Shown one piece after another: positions 1 through 8,337 of a stretch of DNA of 32,000 nucleotides. The position numbers and the translations under genes are program-made. The notes beneath the pieces were generated by a model. That model saw nothing but the letters and a program-made list of their open reading frames with translations. It was not told the DNA's origin and ran no database searches. This DNA is from an uncultured Methanobrevibacter sp. GTDB lineage: Archaea; Methanobacteriota; Methanobacteria; Methanobacteriales; Methanobacteriaceae. The stretch spans positions 28,279 to 60,278 of the forward strand of contig NZ_CAMVEE010000002.1 in NCBI RefSeq assembly GCF_947166415.1. The letters are read 5' to 3'. How positions within the stretch are numbered: position 1 is the stretch's first letter; each line of letters starts with the position of its first letter.

Positions 1-1213
1 CTGCATAAGTTACATTAATTTCATTGATTTCATCATCAGGATTGATAGCATATTCTGCCACGCCATCAACTAATTCCAATACTTCTTTTTTACCGTTAAT
101 TGTGACATTTACAGTGCCATTACCATGAGGAATACAAATAGCAATGACATTTTTTTGAGGGGTTTTATAAACAATAGAATATATGGTTGCATTTTCTTTA
201 TCTAAAACAGTGAAGGTAGCCTGATAATTTTGATAATCGAATGCATTGAATGTATCGTCACCACTGTAAGAATAAGTAAATTTATTTGTACCTATTGCAT
301 AATCAGTAGTTTCAAATGTTGCAATACCATTTACCAAAGGACATTGTGTAACTTCACCGTTGAAAGTAACATTTACGATACCTGTAGCTTCACCTAAGTT
401 AATAGTAATTATTTCAGGTTGACCACTGTAAACTGTCTGTGTAGTAATTATAGGTCTAGCTTGGAAAGAATTACTGGTTACCTGATTCGCATTGAACCTT
501 TCATCCCCATTATAAGTAATTACAATGGTATTTTTAAATACTTTATAATTTTTATACTCCTTAATAATGGATCCGTTTACCAAATCAACATCAACAACAT
601 CTGCACCGCTATTAAGATTAAAAGTAACTGTACCTGTTGCATCATATAAATTTAGTTCAATGAAAGCTATTTGACCGAAGTTTGCATCATGAATAGCATA
701 ATCGAATGAAGTTCTGAAATTTTTAGTACCAGTAAATGGATTATAATTATCATCCCCGAAATACTGAACAGTCAGTTTATTAGAACCCACAACATAATTT
801 GTAATCTGTTGTGTAATCTTACCATCTATCAATGTGCCTGAATAAACTTGATTGTTACATGTCATATTTACAACACCAGTTGCACCCGGAATTGAAACTG
901 TAACATTTTCAACTTGACCATATTTGATATCAGTTACATCAATTGTATATGTTGGATTAACTGGTTCTTTTAAAACTTCATCTTGAGAAGCTCCAAGTTT
1001 TGAATCTTCTACATCTTTTACATTATCACTGATAGCAACATCACTATCGACACCACCAGCAGCCTCTATTTCATCTACCTCTTGAATTGCTAAATCCAAG
1101 TCATTTACATCCGTTAGTGCTGAAGTCGTATTGTCTTCTGCTGCACTAACGGCACCGAATGTGAGAATAGCCAGTAAAAAAATACTAACTAATAAAAATC
1201 TATTTAATTTCAA
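1..1213 (-). CDS. Adhesin-like cell-surface protein, N-terminal 404 codons (gene continues past the left window edge; absent from the supplied ORF track)
   Basis: The minus-strand frame is open from TTG at 1213..1211 to the window edge. An in-frame TAA at 1219..1217 blocks any upstream start, and there is no ATG until about codon 117. A GGAGA SD-like box lies 8-9 nt upstream. The N-terminus KLNRFLLVSIFLLAILTFGAVSA/AED is a canonical signal peptide. It is followed by an acidic linker and then repeated Ig-like modules with the recurring pattern (I/L)xxG/xATGxVxV/F...NG...Y.GDD/E.(Y/F)N, typical of Methanobrevibacter adhesin-like proteins. Confidence 0.75.
   Translation of the reverse strand, partial: MKLNRFLLVSIFLLAILTFGAVSAAEDNTTSALTDVNDLDLAIQEVDEIEAAGGVDSDVAISDNVKDVEDSKLGASQDEVLKEPVNPTYTIDVTDIKYGQVENVTVSIPGATGVVNMTCNNQVYSGTLIDGKITQQITNYVVGSNKLTVQYFGDDNYNPFTGTKNFRTSFDYAIHDANFGQIAFIELNLYDATGTVTFNLNSGADVVDVDLVNGSIIKEYKNYKVFKNTIVITYNGDERFNANQVTSNSFQARPIITTQTVYSGQPEIITINLGEATGIVNVTFNGEVTQCPLVNGIATFETTDYAIGTNKFTYSYSGDDTFNAFDYQNYQATFTVLDKENATIYSIVYKTPQKNVIAICIPHGNGTVNVTINGKKEVLELVDGVAEYAINPDDEINEINVTYA
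2..952 (-). repeat. At least four tandem, diverged ~75-85-aa Ig-like domain repeats inside the adhesin-like CDS
   Basis: Translated repeats contain ...VSIPGATGVVNMTCNN..., ...LNLYDATGTVTFNLNS..., ...INLGEATGIVNVTFNG... and ...CIPHGNGTVNVTINGK.... Three of the four end in a Y-x-G-D-(D/E)-x-(Y/F)-N strand, and the fourth runs off the window edge. Approximate unit boundaries are 710-952, 464-709, 209-463 and 2-208. The repeats are conserved at protein level only and are diverged at the nucleotide level. Confidence 0.6.
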
Positions 1214-1434
1214 AATTAAATCTCCATCTTAATTAAATTATATTCAAAAAAGATTGAATACAAATAATATATTTATGATAAAGTTATATTTAAAATTATT
1301 CAAAGTAATTTGATAAAATTTTTATTAAACAAACTAATTAATGAAAATTAGATAATGAATGGTCAGAATCTTTATTAATTTAATTAAAGAAAAAAAATAA
1401 AATTTTATTAATTTTTGACATAAATATTCAATTA

Positions 1435-1860
1435 ATGAAAGGCTGCTACTGCTTAATAATTCATGTGAAAAGAAAATCGAAAATAATGGTTGGTTCAAAG
1501 TTAGGGGATGTAGAATTCAAAAAGGGAATATATGTCTATATAGGATCAGCAATGAATTCACTAGAATCGCGACTAAACAGACATTTGAGTGACAGTAAAA
1601 AACTGCATTGGCATGTGGACTACCTTTTGAAGGACGATAACTCTAAAATATTAGATATTATATATAATATTGATAAAAAAGTGGAATGTGATATATCTCA
1701 ATACATTGAAACAAAGGCAATTGGTGTCGAAAATTTCGGATGCTCCGACTGCAATTGCAAAAGCCACCTGTATTATTTCAAAAATAGAAGTGAAGCTATT
1801 GAACAGGTGAAGAATGCCTATGATTCAATAGCCACAGAATTCATGTTCTTTAAAATATGA
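1435..1860 (+). CDS. GIY-YIG nuclease superfamily protein, DUF123 type
   Basis: 141 aa. KGIYVYIGSAMNSLESRLNRHL followed by KLHWHVDYL and the C-terminal Cys cluster GCSDCNCKSHLYYF matches the DUF123 signature as I remember it. There is no SD, and a TTTTATTA TATA-like box about 27 nt upstream suggests a leaderless mRNA. Confidence 0.8.
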   Translation: MKGCYCLIIHVKRKSKIMVGSKLGDVEFKKGIYVYIGSAMNSLESRLNRHLSDSKKLHWHVDYLLKDDNSKILDIIYNIDKKVECDISQYIETKAIGVENFGCSDCNCKSHLYYFKNRSEAIEQVKNAYDSIATEFMFFKI

Positions 1861-2341
1861 AACCTTTCTTTTTCTTGTGCCTGTAAGAAATCTCAAATGA
1901 ATTTAGGGCCAAATTTTTTAAAGTTTCGTGGTCATCTTCGGTTATGCCAACAACCCCTTCCCATTCACCTTCTAGATTGGAGATTTCATCCAAAATCTCA
2001 ATGCCCTTGGAAGTCAACTTGCAGTCATATTCCAGGCCATTATCAGGAGCCAAGTCAATCTCAATCAAGCCAATCTTTTCGAGCTTCTGATATTTCTTCA
2101 AATATAATCCTAAATGAAGATTAAATAAGTCATCATGATTGGCCTTTTGAAACTGTTTTATCCTGATTCTTTTGTGGTGGGGCTTTTCATGCTTCTTGAC
2201 CTGTTTCAAGAGCTTAACCTGACTTTCATGTAGGAAAATCGACAGATTTTCCCTTACATAAGTCATCTTAGACTCTTCGATTATACCTATTAGTGAGGAA
2301 TCTGACATTTTGGCTATTGCTTCTTTATGGGGATGAACCAT
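1850..2341 (-). CDS. Hypothetical 163-aa protein with a probable winged-helix DNA-binding segment (third gene of the helicase operon)
   Basis: The track start at 2344 is TTG. The adjacent ATG at 2341 sits 7 nt downstream of a GAGG box that overlaps the upstream gene's TGA stop. The segment LKKYQKLEKIGLIEIDLAPDNGLEYDCKLTSKGIEIL resembles the recognition helix plus wing of MarR/PadR-like wHTH proteins. I recognise no other family. Confidence 0.6.
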   Translation of the reverse strand: MVHPHKEAIAKMSDSSLIGIIEESKMTYVRENLSIFLHESQVKLLKQVKKHEKPHHKRIRIKQFQKANHDDLFNLHLGLYLKKYQKLEKIGLIEIDLAPDNGLEYDCKLTSKGIEILDEISNLEGEWEGVVGITEDDHETLKNLALNSFEISYRHKKKKGFIF

Positions 2342-2350
2342 CAAACCGCC

Positions 2351-3946
2351 TCATTTCATATTTCCAAATAGTCCTCTCATGATTCCTTTTGTAACCTCAC
2401 GGGTTACGGTTGTGGCGGCCTGGGTCGCTGCCTTTTCGACAACCTTTTCTGTAGTTGTCTTTCTGGTTTTTCTGCGTTTGGTCTGTTGCTGGCCTGCAAG
2501 GACAGTTCCCAAAATGCCTCCAATAACATCTACAGCTCCAGGCTGTTGAGGCTGTTGAGGAGCTTCCTCTTGAGGTTCCGGTGTTTGCTGTTGGGTTTGG
2601 GCCTTAACTTCCTCAAGGACTTCCGGTGCCACTTCACTTTCAATGTTCGGATTCTCATCTATCTTAGTCAATAACCTCTCATATGCTGATTCAGCATCGA
2701 ACGCTTCGCCATACTTTGATTTCAAGGTTGAAATATTGATTAACTGATTTCTCAAATCGTCCTCAATAGCTCCAATGTGGCTTTGCGGAGGAACGATGTC
2801 AACCTGTTCGACAACTGTAGGAACGCCCTTTTCATCGAGAACTGACACCAATGCCTGACCTGTTCCCAAATTGGAAATGACCTCCGCAGTATCGAAGTCA
2901 GGATTAGCCCTGAATGTTTCCGCCGCTACTTTTACAGCCTTCTGATCCTTAGGAGTGTATGCACGAAGGGCATGCTGAATCCTGTTACCCAATTGAGCAA
3001 GGATATCGTCAGGAATATCAGCAGGGGATTGTGATATGAAATATACTCCAACACCTTTTGACCTGATCAGACGTACAATCTGTTCGATTTTCTTGCCGAA
3101 TTCAGGGGACATATCATCAAATAATAAATGTGCTTCATCAAAGAAAAATACAAGTTTAGGCTTGTCCATGTCTCCAACTTCAGGCATCTTTTCGAAGAGT
3201 TCTGAAAGCATCCAAAGCAGGAATGTTGAGTAGATTTCAGGGGACAATGAAAGCTTTTGAGCATCTAGAATATTGATTATTCCACATCCGTTGTCATCCA
3301 CCTGCATGAAATCACTGAGCTCAAGTGCAGGTTCACCAAAGAAATCGTTTCCCCCTTGATCTTCAAGAGTTATAAGACTTCTTAAAATTGTATTTGCAGA
3401 TTTTTCAGCAATTGCGCCGTATTGGCTTTCAAATTGGTCCTTGTTTTCCACAACATAATTTATCATTGATTTCAAATCCTTCAAATCAATGATTGGGAGG
3501 GAATGTTCATCAGCTACTCTGAAAACAATGTTCAAAACACCGGCTTGAGCTTCAGACAGGTTCAGGATTTTGGAAAGCAATACAGGACCCATTTCGGATA
3601 GTGTTACCCTTACAGGAAGACCTTTTTCTCCAAACAAATCCCAAAATTCGACAGGATATTCTTTGAACTTGAATCCTTTTGCGTCAAGGCCGTACTTTTC
3701 CCTGTTATTGGTTATGAAATCATTTCCAGAACCTACCTTTGCAAGTCCAGACACATCTCCCTTCATATCCGCCAAGAATACTGGAACGCCCAAATCAGAA
3801 AAAGATTCTGCTAATACCTTTAAGGTAACAGTCTTACCGGTACCAGTTGCTCCGGCGATTAAACCGTGACGGTTAGCTAACTTAGGCAATAAAAACACAT
3901 CAGTATTTTCATTGCAACCAATTAATATTTTTTCTTCAGCAAACAT
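2351..3946 (-). CDS. FtsK/HerA-clade P-loop NTPase, DUF853 (YjgR / HerA-like C-terminal domain) family
   Basis: 531 aa. Walker A is GATGTGKT, Walker B is KLVFFFDEAH, and the conserved block RSKGVGVYFISQSPADIPDDILAQLGNRIQHALRAYTPKDQKAVK is present. A Q/P/E-rich low-complexity linker is followed by a basic tail ending in KGIMRGLFGNMK, like YjgR-type proteins. The ATG lies 4 nt after a GGGTGA box that contains the helicase stop codon. Confidence 0.85.
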   Translation of the reverse strand: MFAEEKILIGCNENTDVFLLPKLANRHGLIAGATGTGKTVTLKVLAESFSDLGVPVFLADMKGDVSGLAKVGSGNDFITNNREKYGLDAKGFKFKEYPVEFWDLFGEKGLPVRVTLSEMGPVLLSKILNLSEAQAGVLNIVFRVADEHSLPIIDLKDLKSMINYVVENKDQFESQYGAIAEKSANTILRSLITLEDQGGNDFFGEPALELSDFMQVDDNGCGIINILDAQKLSLSPEIYSTFLLWMLSELFEKMPEVGDMDKPKLVFFFDEAHLLFDDMSPEFGKKIEQIVRLIRSKGVGVYFISQSPADIPDDILAQLGNRIQHALRAYTPKDQKAVKVAAETFRANPDFDTAEVISNLGTGQALVSVLDEKGVPTVVEQVDIVPPQSHIGAIEDDLRNQLINISTLKSKYGEAFDAESAYERLLTKIDENPNIESEVAPEVLEEVKAQTQQQTPEPQEEAPQQPQQPGAVDVIGGILGTVLAGQQQTKRRKTRKTTTEKVVEKAATQAATTVTREVTKGIMRGLFGNMK

Positions 3947-3950
3947 TTAT

Positions 3951-6542
3951 TCACCCGTTTTCTATTTTTTTGATTAAGTAATTAGTCTTTTTAACAAAAT
4001 TCTGTCTGTTGTACGCTTTTGCTATTCTTCTAATAGCATCTAAGTTTTTAACAAAATTATCAAGCCAGGAGAAAATGTCTCCAGGATAGACTTGAATTTG
4101 ATATTTTCTAAATAGCTTATTTGATATATCTTGTGGGTCCTTACCCTTTAATCTTTCGTGAACAATGACCTCGGATATGCCCCTCTGCATGCATGAACAG
4201 AATGGCCTGTCCTGGCATCTGCACTGCATGAAATCACTTTGAAGAGCTATCAATGCATCTTGGAATTTTTTGTCAACCTTTTCAATGGCCTCTCCAGAAG
4301 ATATTATATCCAAAGTGGATTCAGCGAATAATCTAGTTGAAAATTTGATTTTCAGAGCATTTGAAATCTGATTGTGAATGACGCTTGATAGATAAGCATT
4401 TTCAAACATCTCCAAATCCAAAGCCATTGCCAAAATCAATACCTTCAGCTTGTCATATTTGTCCTTTTTCTTATACATCGGGGACAAACCCACATATCTC
4501 TTTAAATAATTATAGTCATTCAATGTATTTTTAATGAATTCTGCCTCTTCGATTGATAAAAATGAAACAGAAGTGGCCCTTCCATATTTTGTTACTTCCA
4601 GTTTATTGTTTGCAGTGATGTTTATTAATCCCAAATCTTCCATTTCATCAATGGCTATTTTTATGCTAATTGGAACATCAATATCATTATAGAAACGATT
4701 CAGTTCATCCTTGGATTTGATTGAAGTTGATGAAATATCTGCCAGTATCTGCTCATAGGCTGACTCTTCATCATATTCAATGTAGACGTCTTCGCTGTTG
4801 CTTTCCAATAGCTCCAATGCCATTGCCTCTTCCGATTCTCCTGCAAAATCATTTCCAACTTCAGGAAGCAAGTAGACTATACCTCGGTCATGATAGGATG
4901 GTCTTCCTGCACGTCCAAGCATCTGCGAAAACTCATTGGGATTAATCCATTTGTTTCCCATGACCAATGAATCGAATATTACCTGTGAAGCCGGAAAGTC
5001 AACCCCTGCCGCAAGAGCCGCAGTTGTGACAACACATGATATCTTTCCCTTGTCAAAGTCCTTTTCTATCTTTTCTTTTTTATAATAGGAAAGTCCTGCA
5101 TGGTAAGCTTGGGCGTTGACCCTTTTATTGGTTAGGTAATTTGCAATCTGATGGGTCTTGCGCCTGGAATTTGTAAAAATGATAGTCTGTCCCCTAAAGC
5201 CCTTTTTGGATTTGGTGTTGTATTCCCTTTGAACCAATTTAAGCATCAGGTAACGTTTTTGGGATTCGTTTCTTGTATAGACCAAATGCCTTTCAAGAGG
5301 AACAGGCCGTTCGTCGTATTTAACCAGCTTCATGTTGAATTCAGAAGCTAAAAATTCAGGATTTTTAACGGTTGCAGACAATCCGATAATCTGTGTTTTA
5401 GGATAGAGATTCTTTAGCCTTTTAATCAAACCGTTCAAGCGTGTTCCACGGTCTTCATCATCAATCATGTGGATTTCATCTATCAGGACAACCCCTAAAT
5501 TGGACAGTGATGATGAATTGCCGTTTCTTAAAAGATAATCGATTCCTTCATAAGTTGCAACCACAATGTCTGATGCGGAAATATCGGAATCAGGAAAATT
5601 AAGCTCTCCTTTTGCCTTTACACGATTCCTTCCAACCTTAATGGCCACCTTCAATCCGAGTTTGGAATATTTCTTTTTAAAATCCCTGTATTTTTGGTTT
5701 GCAAGAGCGACAAGAGGAGTCAGAAAAATGAATTTCTTGCCTTTTAACGCTTCAGTTATACCGGCAAGTTCCCCAACCAATGTCTTTCCGGAACCGGTTG
5801 CACTTACTACAAGCAGGTCTTCCCCCTTAAGGAGCCCTTCCTTGATTGCAAGGTATTGAACTGGCAACAATTTTGTGTTTCCTGAATCCAAAAGCACCTG
5901 CTTGAACTCATATGGAATCTTGAGCCTTTTCATGTCAATTGGTGGAATTATGTGTCTAGGTTTTCTTGTCTTATCAAACAATGTCAATTTCCTGTTCTTT
6001 AAAGGATCAAAATGAGGGTCCAAAACTGATAAAGTCTTTTCCAGATCTTCAGTCTTTTCCAAAGTCTTTTTAAGGTTCCTGAAAATCTTTTTATCGAATC
6101 CCTGAAGCTTGATTTCCTGTTTTATGGTGTCCAGCGCACAATCCTTGCAGATTAATTGATTATGGTATTTATAGGAATATGAAGAGTTTACGATGGTGAT
6201 GTTTCCTTCATATGCACAGTAATCGCAGACCTGAGTGCGCCTTACCTTAATGTTAAGGGATTTCAGGAAGTTTTCTACCTTCTGGTCTTTAGTGGCTAAA
6301 AAAACAGCCTGTGAACGCAAGAGTTTAATGACCTCTCCGGGAGGCACCAGCTTTTCATTCAAAGTGGAGTTGTCCTTGAAATTATAATCTGCAACAAATC
6401 TTGAAATGGATAATGAGTCACCATCCTCCGTGAATTTGATGTTTCCTACAAATTCCGGTTCCCTTTTATGATTCAGAGCACCTTTTGGAGAACCTATTGG
6501 ATATAATCTCCACTGTTTTTTTATCTTTTTTAAAACCAGCAT
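3951..6542 (-). CDS. Superfamily-2 Ski2-like DEAD/DEAH-box helicase with N-terminal zinc ribbon (ASH-Ski2 / Eta-like architecture)
   Basis: 863 aa. Helicase motifs are I SATGSGKT, II DEIH, III SAT and VI QMLGRAGR, plus TTAALAAGVDFPA. An N-terminal CxxC-x22-CxxC ribbon lies at 6138-6227. A C-terminal CxC-x5-CxC cluster (QCRCQDRPFCSC) lies at 4191-4223. The SF2 helicase call is high confidence. Assignment to the ASH-Ski2/Eta subfamily rests on architecture only. Confidence 0.9.
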   Translation of the reverse strand: MLVLKKIKKQWRLYPIGSPKGALNHKREPEFVGNIKFTEDGDSLSISRFVADYNFKDNSTLNEKLVPPGEVIKLLRSQAVFLATKDQKVENFLKSLNIKVRRTQVCDYCAYEGNITIVNSSYSYKYHNQLICKDCALDTIKQEIKLQGFDKKIFRNLKKTLEKTEDLEKTLSVLDPHFDPLKNRKLTLFDKTRKPRHIIPPIDMKRLKIPYEFKQVLLDSGNTKLLPVQYLAIKEGLLKGEDLLVVSATGSGKTLVGELAGITEALKGKKFIFLTPLVALANQKYRDFKKKYSKLGLKVAIKVGRNRVKAKGELNFPDSDISASDIVVATYEGIDYLLRNGNSSSLSNLGVVLIDEIHMIDDEDRGTRLNGLIKRLKNLYPKTQIIGLSATVKNPEFLASEFNMKLVKYDERPVPLERHLVYTRNESQKRYLMLKLVQREYNTKSKKGFRGQTIIFTNSRRKTHQIANYLTNKRVNAQAYHAGLSYYKKEKIEKDFDKGKISCVVTTAALAAGVDFPASQVIFDSLVMGNKWINPNEFSQMLGRAGRPSYHDRGIVYLLPEVGNDFAGESEEAMALELLESNSEDVYIEYDEESAYEQILADISSTSIKSKDELNRFYNDIDVPISIKIAIDEMEDLGLINITANNKLEVTKYGRATSVSFLSIEEAEFIKNTLNDYNYLKRYVGLSPMYKKKDKYDKLKVLILAMALDLEMFENAYLSSVIHNQISNALKIKFSTRLFAESTLDIISSGEAIEKVDKKFQDALIALQSDFMQCRCQDRPFCSCMQRGISEVIVHERLKGKDPQDISNKLFRKYQIQVYPGDIFSWLDNFVKNLDAIRRIAKAYNRQNFVKKTNYLIKKIENG

Positions 6543-6598
6543 TAATAATATTATATCTTTGATTGTTAATAAATTTTAAAAAAAATAGATAAATTTGA

Positions 6599-7477
6599 TT
6601 ATTCGATATAATCAAATCTGGTTTCCAAAACAATAATCAATGCAAAAGCGATTATTGCAACAATAACGCAAGGCAGTAACGCTGCAACATTTAAGCTAAC
6701 TGAATTAATAATCTCAACACCCGGAACTTTTAAAGACCCGAGCATTACACCAATGAGAAATGCCATTGTCACTTCTTCATGGTTTTTAAGCAGATAATTG
6801 AGTATTTTGGAAAATCCAAGTATTCCTATGAGTGCACCAACAACAAACACTATTATTTCTGTGAAATGAAACTGGTGAAGTGCATTCAACATGTATTTGT
6901 ACTGTCCTAATAACAGCAATAAGAATGAGCCTGAAATTCCCGGCAAGATCATTGCACAGATGGCTATCATACCAGAAATAAATATTACCAATAATGAGTG
7001 ATTTGCGGCTATTGGGTTTAAGCTTACAAATATGAAAGTAAGAACAGCACCTATCAAAGCAAATACTATGTTTTTCAAGTTGATTTCATTGAGTTTTTTG
7101 AATAATATCACTGCAGAAGCTATAATCAATCCCAAAAAGAATGAATATGTCAAAGCTGTGTGAACATCCATACAGTAAGTAACGACTTTTGCCAAAGTCA
7201 GGAATGCGACACCGATACCTAGTATAAGAGGTATGAAAAATTTAAAATCGATTTCATCGAATAATTGTGTTACAAAGCCGTTGAAATCCCCTTTCAAAAG
7301 AGGTTTTACAAATCCAAAGCGGATTTTACTGATTGCTTCAACCAAATGAGCATAAATTCCTGTAATCAATGCAATTGTTCCACCAGAAACACCTGGAACA
7401 ATATCAGCAGAACCCATAAGGACTCCACGAATAAATATTAAAAAAGCTTCCTTGATATCAAAACTCAAAATCATCAC
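6599..7477 (-). CDS. DUF368 family polytopic membrane protein (candidate polyprenyl-phosphate translocase, PopT-like)
   Basis: The hallmark MGSADIVPGVSGGTIALITGIY appears in the first half and ILPGISGSFLLLLLGQY in the second half (internal duplication). The rest is highly hydrophobic. The start is ambiguous: the track start at 7477 is a GTG inside an AGGTGAT box, and ATG 7474 or TTG 7468 are alternatives. Confidence 0.85.
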   Translation of the reverse strand: MMILSFDIKEAFLIFIRGVLMGSADIVPGVSGGTIALITGIYAHLVEAISKIRFGFVKPLLKGDFNGFVTQLFDEIDFKFFIPLILGIGVAFLTLAKVVTYCMDVHTALTYSFFLGLIIASAVILFKKLNEINLKNIVFALIGAVLTFIFVSLNPIAANHSLLVIFISGMIAICAMILPGISGSFLLLLLGQYKYMLNALHQFHFTEIIVFVVGALIGILGFSKILNYLLKNHEEVTMAFLIGVMLGSLKVPGVEIINSVSLNVAALLPCVIVAIIAFALIIVLETRFDYIE

Positions 7478-7518
7478 CTATAAAGATAATTAGTTTAACC
7501 TACATTAAATAAGTTTTT

Positions 7519-7559
7519 AAAAAAAAGAAAAAAAGTAGAATAATTCAAAGGAATTATTC
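7519..7559 (-). terminator. Hairpin plus oligo-T terminator of aqpM
   Basis: A perfect 9-bp inverted repeat GAATAATTC/GAATTATTC (7538-7546 and 7551-7559, 4-nt loop) includes the aqpM stop codon. On the minus strand it is followed by T7-C-T8 (the plus-strand A runs at 7519-7534). Confidence 0.55.
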
Positions 7560-8327
7560 TTTGTTGAATGGTTGTGGGAGTTCACAAACTCCACTGTCTT
7601 TTGCAAGATATGCGTAAGCGAATGCCGCACAGATTGCACCGAGAATCGGTCCGACCAGATAAATTGGGAAGAATCCCCAGAGGTTTTGACCTCCTAGAAT
7701 CATATCCATCAAGTATGGTCCGAATGTACGTGCAGGGTTGATTGAAGCACCTGTGAATGCACCCAATACCACAATTACTGCTGTTACGGTCATACCAATT
7801 GATATTCCTGCAAAGCCCGGTTCCGCTTTCTTGTCAACAGCAACACCCATAATGACCATCATAAGGAAGAATGTGCCTAAAAATTCAGCAAACATTGCCT
7901 GCATGTATCCGACACCCAAACCGGGAGCGGTAGCACCTAGTCCGCCGACAGTTACTGCCGGAGCGCCAAGGCACAGGAACAGACAAAGGCTTGCCAAACA
8001 TGCGCCGACCACTTGTGCAACTATATAATAAAGACTGTCAACCAAATCAATGTTTTTGGTTACAAGTAGCCCTATGGTTACAGCTGGATTCAAGTGTGCG
8101 CCAGATATCCTACCAAATGCATAAATACATATCATTACAGTTAGACCAAATGCCAAAGCAATGGCAATCCAGTCGCCCAAACCTCCCAAAATACCGATTC
8201 CGACATTTGCCGAATCAATGCTTTGGGATACCAAAAGTGTTACAACTGCAGACCCTGTACCGAAAAATACAAGGAAAAATGTTCCCAGAAGTTCTGCAAA
8301 GAATTTTTTTCTAATGTTACAGGTCAT
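7554..8327 (-). CDS. aqpM: Aquaporin, MIP family (AqpM-type)
   Basis: 257 aa with two NPA boxes (SGAHLNPAVT and GASINPARTF) and six predicted TM segments. The start ATG lies 6 nt after an AGGTGA box that overlaps the TAG stop of the upstream gene. Confidence 0.93.
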   Translation of the reverse strand: MTCNIRKKFFAELLGTFFLVFFGTGSAVVTLLVSQSIDSANVGIGILGGLGDWIAIALAFGLTVMICIYAFGRISGAHLNPAVTIGLLVTKNIDLVDSLYYIVAQVVGACLASLCLFLCLGAPAVTVGGLGATAPGLGVGYMQAMFAEFLGTFFLMMVIMGVAVDKKAEPGFAGISIGMTVTAVIVVLGAFTGASINPARTFGPYLMDMILGGQNLWGFFPIYLVGPILGAICAAFAYAYLAKDSGVCELPQPFNKE

Positions 8328-8337
8328 ATTAACTCAC

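Noticed and set aside
1241-1260. 7-bp inverted repeat TATTCAA-n6-TTGAATA in the adhesin/GIY-YIG divergent promoter region
   Set aside because: A repeat this short is expected by chance in DNA this AT-rich, and I saw no second copy or conservation evidence.
1850-6542. Reading the helicase and HerA-like ATPase cluster as an anti-phage defence island or a HerA-NurA end-resection operon
   Set aside because: There is no NurA, Mre11/Rad50, Sir2, nuclease-effector, methyltransferase or integrase nearby, and the flanks are housekeeping-type genes. The ATPase is the DUF853/YjgR type and not HerA proper. I kept it as an uncharacterised module in the findings and did not call it a defence system.
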